Assembly (NCBI GenBank): GCA_964187785.1 | Contig: OZ076409.1 | Location: 58,468,001-58,532,000, forward strand | DNA: 64,000 nt | Source: Amphiscolops sp. MND2022 | Taxonomy: Eukaryota | Direction of reading: 5' to 3' | Shown: positions 56,147-64,000 of the stretch, piece by piece | How positions within the stretch are numbered: the stretch's first letter is position 1 | How the letters are laid out: every line of letters starts with the position of its first letter | Translations under genes and position numbers: made by a program | The notes under the pieces: generated by a model | The model's input: only the letters and a program-made list of their open reading frames with translations | The model's database searches: none | What the model was told of the DNA's origin: nothing

Positions 56147-59100
56147 ATGGATTCTTTTCGAGGAAGCATACCGCCAAATTTTATCTCTTTTCGTTTAGAG
56201 AACCAAACAACTGAAGTTGTGAATACACCAGCTAACCCCTCTGACAGCGTTTCGACAAGCAACCCCTTGTCTGAACAGACTGAGCAAGTCCAGCATCCAG
56301 CTACGTCTCAAGAATCACTCGGCCAACGAATTGACGAAGCCACTTCCTCCCATGACGCCGATAGTGACCCAGATGTTACTACATATGCAGACAATATGGT
56401 GCGTCAGTTGGAGGGAGCGCAAACATCAAGCCTTCCGCAAGAGGGGACAGAGCAAAGAGGCCAATTCTCAGAAGTCAAACTTGATACCCCAAAGGATCCT
56501 GTCATTACGCCCATCACTGAGCCTAGAAGAGCGAGCACCCCTCTTTCTGATAATGTGGGGGAGACCCCAAGTGCTGACCTTTCTGCTCTAGAGTCAGCCT
56601 TTCGAGTAGTCGGGACACCCGGATCCCAATTAGTTGAACTTGTGGATATTGATCTTTCAGCCAACACCACTGGAGATAGCCCAACCCTGCAGCAGGACAC
56701 GGAAGCAGCTTCCTCGATAGGAGACGCTCCACCCCTCCCTGGTGGGGAAATAAGAGTTCGATACCTCACAGAGCCCAGCGGAGATGAGGGGGCAACCGAC
56801 CAGTCCAGCGTGATAGCTCCAGTAGCTCTATATGGAAGTCATCCTTTCTCTCACGCCTCTGGAACAGATGGAGGGGACGAAACTGGACCTGACCCTCACG
56901 TTCCAGGTACCAGTGGGCCGTCGTCCGGGCAAGGCGCAGCTCAGAAAGAACCACCACATCTCTCAGGAAGGAGTCGGGCAATTCTCAAGGAGTATTTTGA
57001 TGAGTCGCCACCCTTGAGGTTCCCCGTAGGCCAATCCACCGTCACCTTCACAGAGCCGCAAGTATATCACTTGTTGAGAGTCCTTACCGATGAGACTCTA
57101 GGACGGTCCTTCTCAACCATGGAAAAAATGGTTATTGATGCGGTTCGAGGCAGGCCAGCCATTGCTCCATCCAGGACTGCACATTTCTACTCGGGTAGAC
57201 GAGCTCAGACCCCTGGACCTGCAGCCATGGGAGATTCCAGCGGAAGTGACACCGAAAGGGAAGCTACTCTGGGGGACAGAGATGTTGGATCAACTGAAAC
57301 CGAAATGACAGGAGAGTCCTCCTATTATGGGGAGACTGACAGTGCAACGGAAATGGATCTCATAACCAAGTCTTTCAAGAAGGTCACACAAGGTCAAGGC
57401 GCTCCTGAACCGCAAACTCCCAGTCAAGACATATCACAGGATGTTGAGATTGATGCCCCAGAGTCCAGTAGCCAAGATGATACTTTGCTTGAGGTTAGGA
57501 ACCAAGCTCTAGCCGCACCCAGCGCTGGATCCTCCGGGACTAAAAAGAAGAAAGGAAGCAAGGCCCTTTCCAGACGTGGGGTCCCTATGCGGGAAGAATT
57601 CTTTAGCAAAATTGGATGGACGAGATCCTTCATTTCTGGCCCAGCAGATCCTCTTCATAATCCACTCATGGTCTGGTGCCACATTTGTAAAAAGAATTTT
57701 TCCATAAAGTCAAAGGGGCCATACGAAATCCTCAGGCACCATCGGACTGCACGTCATCTGCGTCGAGACCAGCGTTGGCGATACGAGCACCTCCGCAGCG
57801 TCGATCCAGTCACAGGGAAGACGCAACACCGAGTCCGAGGTGGGAACGGAAAACTCCTGACCAAGGTGGAGTTAGCTAGAGAGCTGCCCAAATTCAGGAA
57901 TGTTGAATTAGTGGACATTGGTGAGCGCTTTCCCTTTTATGACGACTTCGTCAAAGGCTCCACCACTACCATGACCACCCCTGAAGCTCGCCTCAAAACT
58001 CAGCTCTGCCTGGTTGGAGATTACATCAGGACCCAAGGCGATATGATGGTCTTGCGTAACCTGTGGTCCCGAATTGGATCGTTCACCAACCATCAAAGCA
58101 GTTTCAACGATTTTGATTGGGGTGAAGAAAGATTGTCGGTAAGTACTTTTCGCCTCACTCATTGACAGTCTCTCCTAAGTCTTCCTCTTTCCTATTTAGT
58201 CCAAAGGGTGTTTTCTGTCTTTAGGCGATTTTCCAACATTTCTTCATCTGTTGTCTTGATGAAATCGCGGAGCAAGTCAACTCCCAACAGTGCTTCTCCC
58301 TCGAATTTGAAACAGTAGGAGTTTTCAAACACATGTCCATCAAGTTCTGGAAGGGGTCTGAACTCTGCAGGGTGTTCGTGTGTCGTAGCTCCCGATTCAC
58401 TACAGATGTTACCGGCGAACTGGGATCTCTTTCTCGCCTCCTCTCCGCTGTGTCCACAAAGCCCGGAATAGTCGCCTGTTCGGGATGTCATCCAGATCTA
58501 CCCAGAACCATTGATGAGTCTGGATATTACAACCAAGGGGTTCAGAGCTGTCCTCGATTTGAACATTTCTCCCTAGCTGGCCTCATGCATAAAACCAGCT
58601 ACAGCGTCTTTGGGAAAATAGATTTTTTCTCTGTCCTGCAAGCTCTGATGGTCTCTCTGGGCGGTTCTCTCATGGAAGACTGGGTCATCAGAAGTCCTGA
58701 GCTCACCAAGGTGAGTAGTTTTCTTATAGAATCTTCATCTAGGGAACAGGAACTGGGTCAGGACGTTTAGATATTCCTATCATGCTAACGCAGGTTTAAT
58801 TGGTATTTCAGGCCATAACCAGTTGCAAGCTAGAAGTACCAACCCTGCCCATTCTTTGCCGAGAGCTCATTGCCGAGTGGAAGTCTGTGGTGCGCTACCT
58901 CACTAATCACGCACCCTTGCAAGAAGGATCTGGCTCCAGAGGAAGGGTTAGATTTCCTTATCTGCACTTAAGCCCCTAAGGGTTTGGGTTGTCCTTATCC
59001 GTCAAACAAACTAAAGGTCCGTTTTCCAATCGTCAATTGGCCATATGTTTGTTCCAGGCACAAAGTTTCGAGTGGTCACTGATATGTGACGAATTCTTCA

Positions 59101-60371
59101 CCGTTAAGCTGGAGTTCTTCAGCAAGATCGTCAATGACTGTGAGTGTAGTCCTGTACAATTTTCGTGAGAGAAAACTGTCTTGAGTTGGACATCAGTTTT
59201 GTTTTTAGTCGTTTCCAGCTTCACAGTGAATCTGCAATACCGCCGGGATGCTTCCTTCTATCTATGCGGAGAAGTTAGCCGCTTCCTCAGCCTGCTTTGC
59301 TCCCGAATCTATACTCCGGACACTGCCCCAATTGCCAACGCTTGGTTTCTCCTCCTCCGGTTCCAGACCAGTGAGGGTACTTTCCTCCCCGGAGACGAAT
59401 ACCTGATTCGTCTCAAGATGAGCAATCGAGTGGCAACGGCAAGTAGAGTCAAGGCTGATGGAATCCATTTCGGCCAGAAAACTGAACGTCCTGCCATCCT
59501 GGCCACTGCCGATAAGGTAAAAGCTGATTTCGTCAGGGACAGCCAGCAGTACATCCAGTTTTTGATTAATGGAGTACTTGAGAAGACAGCTTTCAGTACC
59601 AACCTCGTAAAAGGATTGGCGGCCTTTGATCCTTATATAATGCTGAAGCGACCCACGGATGTAGCTTTGCGGCACTTCGAGGTACTCTACAACACCTTTG
59701 CACTTCGATCTTGGGTTGAAGAATCAAATGAGTCTCAGTGTCGGGACCAGTATATTCAGTTGCTGGACCATCTCCAGACTGCCTTCGGTTCCAGCTTTGA
59801 TATTACTAGCGTGGAACCCGATTTGATTCAATTCCTGATGGGGCTTGATTTCCTTCATGAGCGTCCACACTTGTTATATCTCTTCAAGTTGAGTTGTTTG
59901 TGTTCAACCACCGTCAGCCCAAGTTACCCAGATGTCACCTTTGGAGAGGTCACCACTGCAGGAGGGCAAAGCAGATTTACGGACCTGGTCTTGCCTTGCC
60001 AGAGTTACATGGCTAATGTTGCCGGATCGGTTTTACGGAGCAGTGAAGACTCCCACTTGGCCAAGTTCTCTGCTCTAGCTGAGTCCTTTGGACGTGCTGC
60101 CTTTTCCTCAGAGTACGATCCTTGGGTTTATACTGACACTTTCGGTCGGTCAAGAATCTATAAGTCTCTCCTGTCCACTCACCGCAAAGCCGACTCAGCT
60201 CCGAAGAGGGTTTCAACGCAGGTCAATTTGGCAGAGAGTAGTACCGTTGAAGAGCAGTCTGCAGTAAGGATCCCCAGTAGCAAGAAGCGGAAGAAGGGAA
60301 GGAGTGTTTCCCGATCATCATCATCCTCTGTCGTTGGTAGTCCTAGTAAGGATTCTTCTACTAAATCCTGA
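56147..60371 (+). CDS. Intact five-exon gene (predicted 1285 aa): disordered N-terminus, BED-like C2H2 Zn finger, hAT-transposase-like body lacking catalytic residues; antisense in element D
   Basis: Exons 56147-58138, 58225-58710, 58812-58946, 59058-59139, 59209-60371 total 3858 nt in one open frame. GT-AG introns of 86/101/111/69 nt, phases 0/0/0/1, at the same positions as in element C. AATAAA at 60565-60570. Confidence 0.9.
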
Positions 60372-60621
60372 TTCTGTACATATGTATTTATGTACATCAA
60401 ACTGTAAACTCTGTTGATTTCTTTATTTCTCATTTTGTTGTCACATTTGTATTCTGCTATCATTTCTTTGTTTCATGATCCCATATTTATTCACTTGTGC
60501 GGGATCATTGCTTTAGTGCCCTGTTGTTTATTCTGAAAATTCAGCTTCCGGGGCCAGAAAAAGAAATAAAAGGAAAAAGAAAATGAGCTAAGCGTTCTTT
60601 TGGACGCAATTTACTCTTTTC

Positions 60622-63600
60622 CTAGTATCTGAAGTCTTCTGAGTAGTTTGGGTTAGGATTAGGCCTGAGATTATATTTCCCTCCTCTGGGGCTCAAGCTC
60701 TCTTTTCTAGCATCATTTTGCGATATTTCGGGCACGATAATATCATCCCCCTTTTTCGGAGAATTTTGTGCATCGTTTTCATTCATCAAATTCTTTTCTG
60801 GAAAATTCGCATCGTCCTTTAGTCTTTCAACCGTATTCGGCGCAGGTTTTTCTTGATCCGTTGTGGAAACGGCCGGATTCGGCCAATCAGAGTTTTCATT
60901 CTCATTTGCTTCATTAGGTTCATTAGCATTGCTGACGTCATTTCTCATTCTTTCGGTTCTATTGCGTACAGCGTCGTTGACGTCATTCGGATAATCAGTC
61001 GTGATTACATAATCACTTTCATTCTCGTTTGCATCATTCACGTTCGTTTCTGGCGTAGTCGGCCTCTCGCTATTCGTCAGGCTAGCCGGAATTGGCTCGT
61101 TGCCTCGTGTAGCTAGTTGCTCACCAAAGTTTGTTTCCCACGTTATTACATACAAGTCGTCTTGCGGAATGATTATTTCGTCGTCCGGCTGTAGGCGCTG
61201 TTCTCGGAAATTGTCCTCAAGTGGCTGATTCGGAATAAACTTTTTGAGACGAATTCGATGCAAAATCTGCGTTTTATTTGTATTAAGCCTGCGGATGATG
61301 TAGTTCTCATTAGGTAAAATCTTCTGGACTATGAACGGTCCAACCCAACGATAATCCCTAAATGGAATTTTTGATCCTTGATGATCCGCTTTCGGTTGTA
61401 ATACAAAACAGTAATCGCCCTCTTTGAGTGGGGCGGCTTTGGCTTTCCTGTCGTAATACTCCTTATATTTGATATATGACTGCATGATGTTCTGCTTTGT
61501 CTTGTCAATAAGGAGTTTGGTTCGGTTCTGGATTTCTTCTGCGAATTCAGTAGTCGGATGGATTTGCTCATTTGGGTTCATTCCAAGTTTGTGATCCAAG
61601 ATGTTATATGGGATTCTCCCATGGAACACTCTTGTCGGTTCGCATCCGATACTGGCATGATAACTAGTGTTATGATTGAGAACTGCTAAAGGCAAATACT
61701 TATGCCATTGTCGGCGATATTCTCCACATGCCATTTTCAAATTCGTTTTCAATGAGGCATGTGTTCGCTCTAACTTCCCGATAGTTTGCGGGTGTTTGGT
61801 CGTTGCACATTTTAGGGTAATGCCTAAAATCTGTGTAATTTCCGCAATGATCGTGGAGGTAAAGGCAGTTCCCTTGTCCGTAATGAGCGTCGTCGGTAGG
61901 TAAGAATGTTTGGTCATAATATCAATGATTGCTTTAGCTACATTGATCGCTGATGCGTCCGTAAGAGGATAAGCAAACAAGTATCGAGAGAAGACATCAA
62001 TTGCAGTTAAAACATTTTCGTATCCTCCACTTGGGGGAAGATTCGGCAATAAGTCAATTTGCATGGCGTCTTCGGGTCCAAGGTCCCATTCCGGCAAGTT
62101 AAGTAGTTCAGGCGTGATTGTTGCATTTGGGACTCGTTTGTCCTTTGCACATTGTTCACACCCTTGTACCCACTTTTTGACATGTTTCGCCATGTTGGGA
62201 TAATAGTATCTCTGTCTGATCTCCTGCAGCATCTTTGAAATGCCTGGGTGCTTGTGGGCTGTCCCGTGTAGGGACTGAAGCAATTCTGGCAGCAAGTGTT
62301 GCGGGAGAAGAATTTGATGGTATTTTATATTCCCAGTTTCATCAAAATATTGCCTTGTTAGTATGTCTTCCTTGATGACAATTCTTTCCAGATTATTAGC
62401 GTAATGCCTGTATCGAGCATCTTGTTGCAGTATGTTTTCTGAGTACTCTTCATGAAGGAGCTTCGCTTTCAGTTGTTGCAGTACTGTATCTTTGGATTGC
62501 TCAATAATTATCTGGTTCGTTTTCCTCAATCGGACCTGTATTTCAGGTTGTTGTTTGACTAAGTTAGTAGATAGAGTTTGTATTGTGATAGTAGGTTCTT
62601 CAGTTACAGGGTTTTTCCTGATTGCTTCTTTCCTCGCCCAATATTGTTCTTCAGTCTCATCGTCGTCATTTGTGTAGAAGATTTGCTCTTCCTGTGAGAC
62701 TCCTGCTGATTGGACGTTTATTTCTATTGGCAACGTTTGTACATCTTCTCGGATTTTCATTACTAATTTGTCCTTTGGGTCTGCTTCCAATCGGGACAAG
62801 TAATCCGCTGCCGTATTCTGTGCTCCTGGGATGTGCGCAATGACAAAATTGAACTGAATTACATAGTCGCACGCATTCCACAGGGCTGGGGGTACGATTT
62901 TCGTTTGGAAAAATCTTGTTACGGCTTTGTTGTCGGTTAGGATTATGACCGGTTTCGGTGCACCCCAGAAAATATGCCCAAATTCTTTAAATGCGAAGTA
63001 GATCGCGAGAAATTCTTTTGCATAAATTGACATCTTTATCTGGGCTGGGGTGAAGGTTTTTGAACCATAAGCAACCGGTGCATATGATTTGCGGATTGAC
63101 GTGAATTTCTGACTCGGGTCATCTTCAATTAGTACTGCATATCCTGCAGCACCAAAGCTTGCATCTGTCATTAGGGCAATTTGCTTGTTCGGGATGGGTT
63201 GTTGTAGGGCCAAGTCGCAGCATTTGTCTAGAGCTCGATTAATTTCCTCAAATTGTTGAACCAGTTCTTTGGACACTAGGACTTTTTCGTCACTCTTCAG
63301 CATCTTGTAGAACGGAGCAAGGCGTTCAGACAGTCTTGGGACATAATTCCGGTAGTAGTTCAAGAAACCCAAATATCTCTGTAGAGCCTTTTTCGACTTC
63401 GGAAATTTGGTTTTTTCTAGGAAATTCTGAACATTCTGCCGTTGGGGCTTGACGCCTTGTGCGGTTATTGTCCTGCCAAGGAAATCGATTTCTGTGGCAC
63501 CAAAATGGCACTTGTGCATCGTCAATTTAAGGCCTGCTTCCTGGATGCATTTGAAAGTTGCTCTCAGGTTAGCAATGAGGTGATCGGCGTCGTTGGCTGC

Positions 63601-64000
63601 GATGCCAATATCGTCTACATACTGTGCACATTGGTCCGCTTTTATGACTTTGTCAAGGTACTCTCTCATAAAGCTAGAGAATGCGGACAGTGCTCTATTA
63701 AGGCCTTGTGCCAGTCGTCTATATGCAAATGTGCGGCTTGCAAAGTTAAAGGCCAACATTTCGATTGAACGTTGGTCAGCCATCGGAAGGCAATGATACG
63801 CTTGTGAACAGTCTAACTTGCAAAAGAGTTTCTTGCCTGCCATGTGTTGGGCGGCATCGACTAGGGTACTGACTGGATGATTATTGTTAATATAATCATC
63901 AGAGATTAGGTTGTTGATTTTTCTCAAGTCAACCAGAAGTCTCAGTTTCCCATTCGGCTTCTTTTGTGCGAATATTGGGCTGGCGTATTTCGAGAACGGT
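60622..64000 (-). CDS. pol: Gypsy Pol (RT, RNase H, integrase), 5'-truncated by the window edge
   Basis: Frame open to the edge (PFSKYASPIFAQKKPNGKLRLLVDLRK); RT YVDD; RNase H MTDAS; integrase HGTAHKH..CEQC, QIDL, TDKGTAF, GKLERTH, WVGPF. Confidence 0.97.
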   Translation of the reverse strand, partial: PFSKYASPIFAQKKPNGKLRLLVDLRKINNLISDDYINNNHPVSTLVDAAQHMAGKKLFCKLDCSQAYHCLPMADQRSIEMLAFNFASRTFAYRRLAQGLNRALSAFSSFMREYLDKVIKADQCAQYVDDIGIAANDADHLIANLRATFKCIQEAGLKLTMHKCHFGATEIDFLGRTITAQGVKPQRQNVQNFLEKTKFPKSKKALQRYLGFLNYYRNYVPRLSERLAPFYKMLKSDEKVLVSKELVQQFEEINRALDKCCDLALQQPIPNKQIALMTDASFGAAGYAVLIEDDPSQKFTSIRKSYAPVAYGSKTFTPAQIKMSIYAKEFLAIYFAFKEFGHIFWGAPKPVIILTDNKAVTRFFQTKIVPPALWNACDYVIQFNFVIAHIPGAQNTAADYLSRLEADPKDKLVMKIREDVQTLPIEINVQSAGVSQEEQIFYTNDDDETEEQYWARKEAIRKNPVTEEPTITIQTLSTNLVKQQPEIQVRLRKTNQIIIEQSKDTVLQQLKAKLLHEEYSENILQQDARYRHYANNLERIVIKEDILTRQYFDETGNIKYHQILLPQHLLPELLQSLHGTAHKHPGISKMLQEIRQRYYYPNMAKHVKKWVQGCEQCAKDKRVPNATITPELLNLPEWDLGPEDAMQIDLLPNLPPSGGYENVLTAIDVFSRYLFAYPLTDASAINVAKAIIDIMTKHSYLPTTLITDKGTAFTSTIIAEITQILGITLKCATTKHPQTIGKLERTHASLKTNLKMACGEYRRQWHKYLPLAVLNHNTSYHASIGCEPTRVFHGRIPYNILDHKLGMNPNEQIHPTTEFAEEIQNRTKLLIDKTKQNIMQSYIKYKEYYDRKAKAAPLKEGDYCFVLQPKADHQGSKIPFRDYRWVGPFIVQKILPNENYIIRRLNTNKTQILHRIRLKKFIPNQPLEDNFREQRLQPDDEIIIPQDDLYVITWETNFGEQLATRGNEPIPASLTNSERPTTPETNVNDANENESDYVITTDYPNDVNDAVRNRTERMRNDVSNANEPNEANENENSDWPNPAVSTTDQEKPAPNTVERLKDDANFPEKNLMNENDAQNSPKKGDDIIVPEISQNDARKESLSPRGGKYNLRPNPNPNYSEDFRY

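Larger units (their letters stand above)
52614..64000 (-). mobile_element. Element D: Ty3/Gypsy LTR retrotransposon with cargo genes, 5' part beyond the window
   Basis: pol (RT-RH-IN) 60622->64000, then antisense spliced gene, accessory ORF and an LTR-like segment ending TTACGACA; architecture mirrored by element C. Confidence 0.88.

Noticed and set aside
1..60371. C and D blocks as an inverted segmental duplication or giant TIRs enclosing the middle of the window
   Set aside because: Similarity is at the protein and short-motif level only; the DNA is far too diverged. Two independent insertions of related elements in opposite orientation is simpler.
13335..64000. Minus-strand bias of LTR elements as a piRNA-cluster signature
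   Set aside because: Only four elements, C is in the opposite orientation, and several are intact; not distinguishable from chance without small-RNA data.

Overview
Eukaryotic DNA, probably from an animal (GT-AG introns, Ty3/Gypsy elements, AT-rich spacers); the species cannot be determined from this window. Four Gypsy-type LTR retrotransposons dominate it. (A) 13335-32566 (-): intact and very young, 19.2 kb, with 734-bp near-identical LTRs, a single 3255-aa Gag-Pol ORF (tandem protease-like domains, AT-hooks, two C-terminal macrodomain-like repeats) and a ~1455-aa extra ORF with an SGNH-like domain in the env position. (B) 36741-42799 (-): decayed ~6-kb Mag-like element with a WLDD RT motif. 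(C) <1-8047 (+) and (D) 52614->64000 (-): two strongly diverged members of one family with the same cargo between pol and the 3' LTR. That cargo is an ANTISENSE five-exon gene encoding a Zn-finger, apparently catalytically dead hAT-transposase-like protein (all four intron positions and phases conserved between copies), a divergently transcribed ~260-275-aa acidic/CxxC ORF, and an LTR encoding the start of a Gag-like ORF. Also present: a decayed solo LTR of that family (~46-47.1 kb), four Helentron/DINE-1-like non-autonomous repeats and three probable terminal exons of a host gene (49.1-50.6 kb). All domain calls are by-eye motif recognition; no searches were run.
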